The notes below the pieces were generated by a model. That model worked only from the letters and a program-made list of their open reading frames with translations. It had not been told where the DNA came from and did no database searches. A stretch of 58,796 nt of DNA, taken from positions 1 to 58,796 of the IMG/VR virus record IMGVR_UViG_3300042890_001480. One strand, 5' to 3'. Shown one piece after another: positions 17,534 through 26,732 of this stretch. A program made the position numbers and the translations under genes. This DNA comes from a virus. Lineage: Duplodnaviria; Caudoviricetes. The stretch's first letter is position 1; each line of letters starts with the position of its first letter.

Positions 17534-18306
17534 TGTCTGTTACATATAATGAAACATTTAAAGGATATAGAACAGCAAAAGAATTATTAATTGCTAAACC
17601 CGAACTTTTAAATAAAGATGGCATTTACCCATTGTGTCCAGATGGAACTTTAAATTCATTAACTAGAGTGTATTGTGATATGACTACAGATGGTGGCGGG
17701 TGGATGCTTGTTGCTAGAAGCAATCAACACGGCTCTGTTGCATTAGGCAAGTGGGGATGGCTTGGAACGGGCACTGGAGAATTAGAAGATTTTTCACAAC
17801 CATATCAAGAGTCGTGGTATACAAAATGGCATTTAAATTCAAATACGTTTACAGAATTTATTTTTGGAAATAGATTAAATGTTTACAATAATAAATGGGG
17901 ACCATTTATATACAAGCACACAATAAACTACACAAATTTATTTACAGTAGATGGCGTTGTGCTGCCAAGTTCAAGGACTGTTTTAAAATTTGATTTATCT
18001 GTATACAACACATCTGAATTTCCAGTAATGCACCAGTATACAGGATATTCTTTATCGGCTCTTTCAGATAATTCTTTTTATTTAAGAGATTCTCCAGGAA
18101 TTGGATATGGCGGATACCCAAACTTCATGAGAACAACATATGTTAATCATACAAATTCATGGCATATTTCTGGACCTTGGGGGGTAACTGGAACTACTGT
18201 ATCTACGTCGCTTACAAGAGGATATGATTCAAATGGTGACTATATTCAAAAAAGCGGTGATACCAATTATGGAGGGGTCAGTCAATATATGATTATGGTA
18301 AGATAA
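17533..18306 (+). CDS. fibrinogen-related domain protein
   Basis: DGIY...VYCDMTTDGGGWMLV signature. Confidence 0.8.
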   Translation: MSVTYNETFKGYRTAKELLIAKPELLNKDGIYPLCPDGTLNSLTRVYCDMTTDGGGWMLVARSNQHGSVALGKWGWLGTGTGELEDFSQPYQESWYTKWHLNSNTFTEFIFGNRLNVYNNKWGPFIYKHTINYTNLFTVDGVVLPSSRTVLKFDLSVYNTSEFPVMHQYTGYSLSALSDNSFYLRDSPGIGYGGYPNFMRTTYVNHTNSWHISGPWGVTGTTVSTSLTRGYDSNGDYIQKSGDTNYGGVSQYMIMVR

Positions 18307-19550
18307 TGGCATTAACTCATTCAACCTCTAATATAAACACCAATGGATTGTTGTTGTATCTTGATGCTGCTAATAATAAAAGCTGGACTGCTAATACTAA
18401 AAACCTCATTCAGTTAAACCCAACTCCAACATCTGCATCTGGCCATCTTGCGGGTGGAGGATCTGGAAGTATAACTTATGACTCTGCAAATCAAGCAGTT
18501 TTATTTACAAGAGGAGAATATTCTTCCTGGGGGGTATATTTTTATAACAATCAAGTTTTTTCAGGAAACATAGATTCTACTAAAACACATACAGCTTCTT
18601 TTGAATGGTATTCTGAAAGCGATCCTGGTATAGGATATAGGTGGGAGTTGGTTAGGGGGGATTCAGTTGGCACAACAGCTTTTGCAGACGTCTTAGCAAA
18701 TAGCGTTCCTATAGGTAATAACTGGTACAGATTTTCATATACATTTACTCCATTAAATAACGGAAACAATGCTCATTTTAGAGTTATAACACTAATTCCT
18801 AATTTTCAAGGTGCTGCTTTAGAAAGACGTAAAACTTATTTTATGTGGAGAAAATTACAATTAGAACAAAATTCTGTAAGAACAGATTTTGTAGATGGCA
18901 CACAGGCAACAAGTTGGAACGATGTTAGTGGCAACGGAAGGTCTCTGGCAAACTCAAGCTTAAAAGATTATGCTACATTTAATGGTGGCTGCGTTTGGTT
19001 CAGAGGGGATTTTGCAACTAATGGATTCACAATTCCTTCTTCTATGATAGATCTTGAAGCACTTGGGCAAACAAGGAATTTTACCGTTATGTTTGGAGTT
19101 AGAAAAAAATATTATGGTTTTAGTGGCAATAATACTGGTAACGGAGTTATTCTAAATGGCGCAGGAAGTGGTTATGGTCAAGGATGGAGAATAATTGAAG
19201 AAGTTTATGGATCGCCTGGTGCTGTATTTTCTGGAACGTATGGAGTTGGCTTAGCTACTGGAGGGGTTGGTCAAGGAATCATTATATCTGACACTGTTGC
19301 AGATAGACCTGCAATTGTCGCATTTAGCGTTAGTCCTACAACCATTTATGCATTTCTCAATCAAAATTCTGCATCAGTAGCGACCCCAACATATATACCT
19401 GGGTTTCATTTAGGACAAATTGGTACTACAAATTTTGGCGTGGGAGCATTTGCTGGAGATTTTTATTTTATGATGATATATAATCGTGCATTATCTGCTG
19501 CAGAAATATTAGAAAATTACAATGCTTTAAAACTAAGGTACGGATTATGA
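18306..19550 (+). CDS. LamG-like protein with inserted carbohydrate-binding-like domain
   Basis: LamG termini; ~170-aa insert containing GNNWYRFSYTF and LQLE. Confidence 0.8.
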   Translation: MALTHSTSNINTNGLLLYLDAANNKSWTANTKNLIQLNPTPTSASGHLAGGGSGSITYDSANQAVLFTRGEYSSWGVYFYNNQVFSGNIDSTKTHTASFEWYSESDPGIGYRWELVRGDSVGTTAFADVLANSVPIGNNWYRFSYTFTPLNNGNNAHFRVITLIPNFQGAALERRKTYFMWRKLQLEQNSVRTDFVDGTQATSWNDVSGNGRSLANSSLKDYATFNGGCVWFRGDFATNGFTIPSSMIDLEALGQTRNFTVMFGVRKKYYGFSGNNTGNGVILNGAGSGYGQGWRIIEEVYGSPGAVFSGTYGVGLATGGVGQGIIISDTVADRPAIVAFSVSPTTIYAFLNQNSASVATPTYIPGFHLGQIGTTNFGVGAFAGDFYFMMIYNRALSAAEILENYNALKLRYGL

Positions 19551-20731
19551 GTGTAGAATCGGGTCCTAATATTGTTAATGATGGATTATTACTTAATTTA
19601 GATGCCGCAAATTCTAAATCTCATAATCCATCCGAAAATTTAATTCTTGATAGTCAATCATTTGACAATTGGTCTGTTTCTAATACCAAAGTAGCAGCAA
19701 ATCAAATAGAAGCACCAGATGGAACAGTGACTGCGGACTTAGTAAGTAATACTCAATTTCAAATTTCTTCTATTAGTAAAATCGTGGCATTAAGTCAAAG
19801 CACAACATACACATTTAGTCTTTATGTTAAGCCAATAACAATAAATAAAATTGTTGCTATACAGTTTGATACAAGCGGAACTGGAGCAAATTTTACTGTG
19901 CCAATTTTTGACTTAAGCACATTAACATCAAGTGGTGGGGGAACTAACCAAACCATAACTGATGTTGGAAATGGTTGGTACAGAATTGCTGCCACTATTA
20001 CTACTTTAACTGGAGCCAATCCAAACGGCCCTTCCATTTTCCTTGGATCATATGGAACTACAGGAAATTTCGTTCAAATGTATTTTTGGGGAGCACAACT
20101 AACAAGGTCTTTAGGACAAATAGCATACGTAGCAACAACTACAAGTGCTATATCAAGATCAACTGCATGGTCTGACTTAAGCGATAATGGTAACAATGGC
20201 ACAATCACAAATGGATCAACTTATGATCCTTCTAGCCAAGGTTCATTAGTTTTTAATGGAAGTAGTCAATATGTAAATATAAAATCAAATGCTAGAATAT
20301 TATCTAACCTTACATATACAAAACAAGTTTGGTTTAATACAAATAATACAAGTGCATTAAATAATTTAGTTTCAAGCACTCTAGGAGAACATTTTTTATA
20401 TTTAAATGGATTAGCAAGGCCATGGGCTGGGCATCCTCCACAATTTAATTCAGTAGTAAGCGCTACAATTCTTTTAGCAAATACTTGGTATAACGTTGCA
20501 GTAACATTTGATTCTTCAGTTGGCTGGAAAATGTATATAAACGGAGTATTAAATGCTTCAAGTGCCAATCTAAATACTTTTACTCAATTTTCAGACGTAG
20601 CCATTGGAGCGTATCAAGGCGGTGCTTCATTTGCTGGAAACATAAGCAATGCATTAGTATATAACAGAGTACTAACAGACTCAGAAGTACTACAAAATTT
20701 TAACGCTTTAAGGGGCAGATATGGAATTTAA
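19547..20731 (+). CDS. LamG-like protein with inserted carbohydrate-binding-like domain
   Basis: LamG termini; insert ENLILDS...GNGWYRI...WGAQL. Confidence 0.85.
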   Translation: MSVESGPNIVNDGLLLNLDAANSKSHNPSENLILDSQSFDNWSVSNTKVAANQIEAPDGTVTADLVSNTQFQISSISKIVALSQSTTYTFSLYVKPITINKIVAIQFDTSGTGANFTVPIFDLSTLTSSGGGTNQTITDVGNGWYRIAATITTLTGANPNGPSIFLGSYGTTGNFVQMYFWGAQLTRSLGQIAYVATTTSAISRSTAWSDLSDNGNNGTITNGSTYDPSSQGSLVFNGSSQYVNIKSNARILSNLTYTKQVWFNTNNTSALNNLVSSTLGEHFLYLNGLARPWAGHPPQFNSVVSATILLANTWYNVAVTFDSSVGWKMYINGVLNASSANLNTFTQFSDVAIGAYQGGASFAGNISNALVYNRVLTDSEVLQNFNALRGRYGI

Positions 20732-20757
20732 TGGTATAATTATAAAGGAGGGTTTAA

Positions 20758-21513
20758 ATGGCTAACTCAGATAAAAATATATTAATAGTTCCTAACATTG
20801 CTTCAGCAACAGGAACCTATCCAAACATAAAATTTACTGGGGCAAATAACTCCCCAATTACTTTAAACGTCCTTGACGACAGCAGTATGACATTCTCTGG
20901 ATCATCTGGACAATTATTTTCAATTGTAAATAGCATGTCTGGTACTATATTTTCCGTCAACGATGTTTCTGGTGTTCCTTCTATTGAAGTGCTAGATACT
21001 GGCTTAATTAAATTAGCACAATATAGTGGAAATGTTGCAATTGGAACATCTGCCTCAACAGCAAGAGTCACAATTAAAGCAAATAATACGATAAACAATA
21101 TTCAAGAATGGCAAAACACTTCAGGAGAAGTTGTAGCAAGCATAAATTCGGCTGGTGTTCCAGGAGGAGCAGGATTTGACATCTACCCCCTAGATGATAT
21201 TAGCCTATATTTTGATGGAAGAGAAAAGAGATTTTTACCTAGATACCAAGGAGTTCAAATAACCCCTTTAAATGGCTTTAGGCTTTTGTTAACAGTAAAT
21301 GGTATAATTCAATCAGTAGATACTCCAGAGTATGTATGGCAGTCTATGTTACCAAGATATGGGTTCTTTATAGATTCCGACGGGTTCATAGCATTTCATG
21401 AGCAGGTTGCCCAAGGCTCCAGCTTTGACGCTAGACTACTTCCTGGATCATTAACAACAAAAGTAACAAAAAATTATCCGTTTAAAGCAGCGGACATATT
21501 ATTAGGAGTATAA
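20758..21513 (+). CDS. fibre-related virion protein
   Basis: One QEWQN repeat; GQLFSI..S..GTIFSVND block shared with 24554..26326; TGGTATAAT and SD upstream. Confidence 0.7.
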   Translation: MANSDKNILIVPNIASATGTYPNIKFTGANNSPITLNVLDDSSMTFSGSSGQLFSIVNSMSGTIFSVNDVSGVPSIEVLDTGLIKLAQYSGNVAIGTSASTARVTIKANNTINNIQEWQNTSGEVVASINSAGVPGGAGFDIYPLDDISLYFDGREKRFLPRYQGVQITPLNGFRLLLTVNGIIQSVDTPEYVWQSMLPRYGFFIDSDGFIAFHEQVAQGSSFDARLLPGSLTTKVTKNYPFKAADILLGV

Positions 21514-21514
21514 C

Positions 21515-24500
21515 ATGGCAAGAAAAGTATTATTAGAAACTGGATATACATTTAATGCGTCAACCAGAACAATCACTATTCCAAGAATTATTCGTCGTGA
21601 TAGACTGGCACTTATCACAAACACTACCGCAAATCAGGTAATTTATAATTTTTCAGATCCAAGCCTAAGAGCAACAACGTACACAGTAACCCCTGTCGGT
21701 AGCTCTGGATCAACAACTATTGTCCTTAGCTATAATACTACAACCATGTCTAATGCAGACACACTCCAAATTATTATTGATGAATATGATGAGAAATTTA
21801 GCCCATCAGAAACATTTACAGACCCAGTAAGCAGAATGCGAATATCTCAGGGTCAATCTTTAATTGATACAGATTTTGAATACGGTCAACAGACAACAAA
21901 GTGGGAAAACCTAGCCCTTGTTAATAATAGACCGTGGTCATTTGAAGGACAAACAACTTTATCTAACGTAACTGCTATTACAATGTCAGCAGGATCAAGA
22001 ACTGTAACTGTAGCAACAGTAACTCCGCCAGCAGTCGGCACACCAGTATTTATTCGTGATACTAACTTACTCTTTGCAAATGGTAACTTCATAGTAGAAT
22101 CAGTATCATCAGGCACCAGCTTTACATACACTGCCCGTGCTGCAAACTATACATCAATAACAGCACTTTTTGATTCATCTAAAACAGTAGTTACTGCAGG
22201 CTCTCTTTATACACAAGCAGCAATTGGCGGAGCTCCAACATTTACAGTATCGGGAACAGATTTAAGGGTATCAGTAACAACAACAGTCCCACATGGATTA
22301 ATGCCAGGAAATGAAATTGCTGTAGTTGGTATAACTGGAACAAATCCTCCAAATGGTAACTTCTATGTATCTACAGTAACATCACCAACAGCATTTGTAT
22401 ATTATGCAAACTCTTCAGTTGGTAATCCAGCATCATTAACTACAACTTCGGCAATACTTTATGTAAGACCAACATCACTATTTATGCACAGACCATTTGA
22501 CGGAGGAGTACTTTTTGGATCAAATAGCGCATCTCCAAATGTTAGCTCAATTCGTCAAACACGTAGACAGTTTAGATATCAGTCTGGTAAAGGATTACAG
22601 ATTTCATCTGGAAGCTTAATGCGACCTTATTCAACTGTAGATCAACTAACATCTTCAGGAACTACAGTAACTGTTCGTACTCGTGAAGCACATAACATTC
22701 AGCCAGGAGCTCAAGTAATTGTTTCTGGAGCAGTGGAAACAGCATACAACGGAACATTTACAGTAGTATCTGCTCCAAGATTTAATACATTTACTTATAC
22801 TGCAGCAGCAACCCCATCAGCAACACCAGCATCTGGAGACCCTGTTGTTTCAGTTTCTTCTTGGTCTGGTGCAAAAACAAGACTTGGAGCATTTGATAAT
22901 CAAAACGGAGTATTTTGGGAATACGATGGCGCAGTATTGTATGCCGTACGTAGATCTTCTATTTTACAAATTGGCGGAAGAGTATCAGTAACAGCTGGAT
23001 CTAGCACTGTAACACAAACAGATGCAGAATATCCAACCTCATTTGCTAAGCAATTAAGAATTGGAGACATGATTACACTTCGTGGACAATCTTATAAAGT
23101 TATAAATATTGCTTCAGACACATCTATGACGATTAATCCATCATATCGTGGCATATCAAACGTCACATTTGGAACCGTAACAAAAATGGTTGAAACAAAA
23201 ATTGCACAATCAGCATTTAATATTGACAGACTCGACGGAACAGGACCTTCAGGATATGTATTAAACCTAGGTACAATGCAAATGTTTTATGTCGATTATT
23301 CATGGTATGGGGCAGGAACAATTCGTTGGGGAGTTAGAGGCTCTGACGGTAATATAATTTATTGCCACAGAATGTCTAACAATAACATAAACTCTGAAGC
23401 ATATATGAGATCAGGAAACCTTCCTGCTCGTTATGAGACAACCACAGACACCCCAGTTACATTTTTAACAGCTACATTAGCTCAGGCTGCAACATCAATG
23501 ACAGTTAGCAGCACAGCAGATTTTCCAAATAGCGGAGTTTTAATGGTTCGCAATGGAACAATTTCAGAAGGAGTTACTTATACTGGTAAAACAGGAACTA
23601 CATTTACTGGCTTAACTCGTGGACAAGCAGGTTCAGCAGTTGCTGGAGTTACAACAACCTGGGCTTCAGGAGCAGTATCTGGAACAGTTTCTTCAGCATC
23701 AGGTATTCAAATTGGACAACGTGTACATTCATCCACGAGTCCAAATCCAGTTCCAGACGGAACATTTGTGACAGGAATATCAGGAACAACAATTACATTA
23801 AATGAAGCAGTTACAGCTGCTAACCCAAATTTAATATTTGCCCCAATGGGAGTAACAGACTCAGCATTTACTTTTTCTGCTACAGCCCCAACTTCGGTTG
23901 AATTGGCTTACCCAACATTTTCTCCATCAATATCACACTGGGGAACAGCAGCAATTATGGACGGAAGATTTGATGATGATAAGTCACTTGTCTTTACTTT
24001 TGGAACCCCGTCAGCTACAACAGTTGGAGCAGGAGCATCAATTGCTCTTATGTCAATTCGTGTAGCACCATCTGTTGATAACGGACAGATTGGAAACTTT
24101 GGTGCTCGTGAAGTTATAAATAGAATGCAACTTAAACTAGAGTCATTTGGTTTTGTTCAAACTGGAACACCGCAACCTCTACTTATTACATTATTACTTA
24201 ATGGAGTACCATCAACATCTACTGTATGGACAAATGCAGTTGGTAACGCCGTATCTCAAAACTCATCACTTGCTCAAATTGCATCTTTTGCTGCAGGATC
24301 AACTACAATGACTGGTGGTGAAGTTGCTGGAGGTTTCTTTACTGGAGGCACAACAGATAGACTTGATTTGTCAGAAGTTCGTGATCTAGGTAACTCAATA
24401 TTAGGTGGTGGCGGACCAAACGCTAATACAAACGTTTATCCTGACGGCCCAGATACAATGACAGTTCTTGTTAGAAACTTAGGATCAGCTTCCGCAACAG

Positions 24501-24538
24501 TATTCGGACGCTTAGGCTGGACAGAAGCACAAGCGTAA
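21515..24538 (+). CDS. large virion structural protein with repeated small beta-barrel modules
   Basis: 1007 aa Thr/Ser/Gly-rich; three (Y)NG.F.V......F.Y modules; DYSWYGAG core. Confidence 0.75.
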   Translation: MARKVLLETGYTFNASTRTITIPRIIRRDRLALITNTTANQVIYNFSDPSLRATTYTVTPVGSSGSTTIVLSYNTTTMSNADTLQIIIDEYDEKFSPSETFTDPVSRMRISQGQSLIDTDFEYGQQTTKWENLALVNNRPWSFEGQTTLSNVTAITMSAGSRTVTVATVTPPAVGTPVFIRDTNLLFANGNFIVESVSSGTSFTYTARAANYTSITALFDSSKTVVTAGSLYTQAAIGGAPTFTVSGTDLRVSVTTTVPHGLMPGNEIAVVGITGTNPPNGNFYVSTVTSPTAFVYYANSSVGNPASLTTTSAILYVRPTSLFMHRPFDGGVLFGSNSASPNVSSIRQTRRQFRYQSGKGLQISSGSLMRPYSTVDQLTSSGTTVTVRTREAHNIQPGAQVIVSGAVETAYNGTFTVVSAPRFNTFTYTAAATPSATPASGDPVVSVSSWSGAKTRLGAFDNQNGVFWEYDGAVLYAVRRSSILQIGGRVSVTAGSSTVTQTDAEYPTSFAKQLRIGDMITLRGQSYKVINIASDTSMTINPSYRGISNVTFGTVTKMVETKIAQSAFNIDRLDGTGPSGYVLNLGTMQMFYVDYSWYGAGTIRWGVRGSDGNIIYCHRMSNNNINSEAYMRSGNLPARYETTTDTPVTFLTATLAQAATSMTVSSTADFPNSGVLMVRNGTISEGVTYTGKTGTTFTGLTRGQAGSAVAGVTTTWASGAVSGTVSSASGIQIGQRVHSSTSPNPVPDGTFVTGISGTTITLNEAVTAANPNLIFAPMGVTDSAFTFSATAPTSVELAYPTFSPSISHWGTAAIMDGRFDDDKSLVFTFGTPSATTVGAGASIALMSIRVAPSVDNGQIGNFGAREVINRMQLKLESFGFVQTGTPQPLLITLLLNGVPSTSTVWTNAVGNAVSQNSSLAQIASFAAGSTTMTGGEVAGGFFTGGTTDRLDLSEVRDLGNSILGGGGPNANTNVYPDGPDTMTVLVRNLGSASATVFGRLGWTEAQA

Positions 24539-24553
24539 AAGGAGGAGACATAA

Positions 24554-26326
24554 TTGCCTCTAAATACAGTAAATTTAATAAGCCCCGTAGTTACCAGCTT
24601 ATCTTCCGTTAGACCAGAAAATATACAAAGATGGGTTTATAACGGATCAGATGTAGCAGCAATAACACCAACTGGAATGTTAGATTTAAGATCTTCCACA
24701 ACTGGAACGCTTCCATCTAATTCCACTCTTGGAAGTTTAGGAACAAAAATAGTTTTCTATTCAGCAGATGCTATAAATCCAACTTGGGGTTTTGGATTAC
24801 AAAGCGGAAGACTTGTGGCTTTGATTGATTCATCAAACCCTGGAAACTCATTTTCAATACGATCATCAATTGGCGGATCGGATATAATTAGATTCCAGAA
24901 TGACGGAAACATAGGCGCAAGATTTTTAGACTCTATTAATAATAATGGGGCATATATTGATATGGGACCTGGCGGATCTGGGATTCTCGTTGCCAATCGT
25001 ACTCCTTCACATATTACTATTTCAGTTAGAGGCGCAGCCTCACAAACTGCCAATCTAGAAGAGTGGCAAAATAGCGCTGGAGCTATTCTTGCAAGGGTTT
25101 CATCAGCAGGTGGAATATTTTCTACTGCTAACAGCGTATTATCTGGCGGATTATCAGTTTCAGGTAATTATGGCGGAAGTAATACAATGGAGATTCCAAA
25201 TAGCCAAAATATTATTGGGCTTACAATAAGAGGATTTTCAACTCAAACAGCTAATTTACAAGAATGGCGAAATAGCGCTTCGGTATTATTAGCTTCAATA
25301 AATCCTTCTGGATTTTTAAGTACTCCTAGAATTAATTTTACAGGCGGAACCTCAACAGTATCAGCATTAGCATTATCTGATGGCACACTATCATTTGAAA
25401 GCACAGCAGGACAATTATTTTCAATATCTAACTCCCTTACTGGAACAATATTCTCAGTTAATGATATATCAGGATTGCCAATTGTAGAGGCAACAGATTT
25501 AGGTATAGTTAAAATTAATGAGCTTTTTGGACAAACAGTAGTTGGATCGGGCACACCAACTTCAAACACAATGTTAACATCAATTGCAAGAACAGCAACA
25601 AGTGTTCCAATTGTTGCAAAAGGTGCAGCCTCCCAAACTGCAAACCTGCAAGAATGGCACAGTTCTGATGGAACTGCAAGAGCAACCTTAAGATCTAGTG
25701 GCGCACTAAATCTTGGAACCTTAATAACAGGAACACAATTATCAGTAATCCCATTCAGCAACACTACTATTGGAATAGTTGTGAGAGGCGCTGCCTCCCA
25801 AACTGCAAATCTTATGGAATGGCAGAATAGTTCTGGTACTGTATTGGCTAAAATTAATGCAGACGGAGGAGCCAATTTTTCAGGTACAAATGTTGATATA
25901 CGTGATGGCAGTGGAAACTTTACAATTAGAAACGCTGGTACTACTGCCTACTTTACAAACTCATCATTATTAGTTGGAACAGGATACTCAGCGGGAATTG
26001 GTGTAATTATTCGTGGTAATGGTTCACAAACCGCCGACCTTCAACAATGGCAAGATAGTGCTGGTACGGTGTTGGCAAAGGTTGATACATATGGTTATTT
26101 AACATCATATGGTGCGGTGTTGCATAGCGGTAATGGAAGTTTTGAATCTGCTTACGGCGGAGCATTTATGGGAATGAAAAAAACATCATCTGCTGTTGCA
26201 AATCCTGGGGCAGACATTGCCCGCATATACCTTGTTGCTGGAACCACCGCAGGAACTCTCAAACTGGTAGTGCGTGCAGGAGCGTCAGGCGCAGAAACTA
26301 CTATTTTGGACAATATACCACAGTAG
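24554..26326 (+). CDS. tail fibre with QEWQ repeats
   Basis: Five SQTAxLxEW repeats; TTG start with SD AAGGAGGAG. Confidence 0.8.
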   Translation: MPLNTVNLISPVVTSLSSVRPENIQRWVYNGSDVAAITPTGMLDLRSSTTGTLPSNSTLGSLGTKIVFYSADAINPTWGFGLQSGRLVALIDSSNPGNSFSIRSSIGGSDIIRFQNDGNIGARFLDSINNNGAYIDMGPGGSGILVANRTPSHITISVRGAASQTANLEEWQNSAGAILARVSSAGGIFSTANSVLSGGLSVSGNYGGSNTMEIPNSQNIIGLTIRGFSTQTANLQEWRNSASVLLASINPSGFLSTPRINFTGGTSTVSALALSDGTLSFESTAGQLFSISNSLTGTIFSVNDISGLPIVEATDLGIVKINELFGQTVVGSGTPTSNTMLTSIARTATSVPIVAKGAASQTANLQEWHSSDGTARATLRSSGALNLGTLITGTQLSVIPFSNTTIGIVVRGAASQTANLMEWQNSSGTVLAKINADGGANFSGTNVDIRDGSGNFTIRNAGTTAYFTNSSLLVGTGYSAGIGVIIRGNGSQTADLQQWQDSAGTVLAKVDTYGYLTSYGAVLHSGNGSFESAYGGAFMGMKKTSSAVANPGADIARIYLVAGTTAGTLKLVVRAGASGAETTILDNIPQ

Positions 26327-26415
26327 CCACTTCCATCTTAGGCTAAAATATAGTACAATAGAATTCATAGTTCCCAGGGGACTATGTTTACGTAAACAAA
26401 AACAAGGAGAAAAAT

Positions 26416-26655
26416 ATGTCAATTGACTATTCAGGTCTATTAACCGATGAGCAAAAACGTTCAATCTTGTCACAAAGATTGACGCAGTTTGCCGCAGAAG
26501 CATATCAGCACGAGATCAATAAAAAGATCGCTGATGATTCAGATAATGAAGAGGGCGTTAAGGCAGCAAATGATGCTCTTGCAATTCTTGATTCAGCAAT
26601 TACAGTTCACCAAGCTGAAATAGCTAAGCTTCCTGCACAAGCAGAAGCAGAATAA
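26416..26655 (+). CDS. small helical protein (possible fibre chaperone)
   Basis: SD AAGGAG, own -10 (TACAAT 26354-26359), downstream hairpin. Confidence 0.75.
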   Translation: MSIDYSGLLTDEQKRSILSQRLTQFAAEAYQHEINKKIADDSDNEEGVKAANDALAILDSAITVHQAEIAKLPAQAEAE

Positions 26656-26667
26656 CTAATATCATTC

Positions 26668-26691
26668 AGCATAGGCCTTCGGGCCTATGCT
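26668..26691 (+). terminator. UUCG hairpin (terminator or stabiliser)
   Basis: AGCATAGGCC-TTCG-GGCCTATGCT; no U-tract. Confidence 0.6.
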
Positions 26692-26732
26692 AAATATATA
26701 TATTACATGTCATAAAATAAGAGTGTGAGAAA

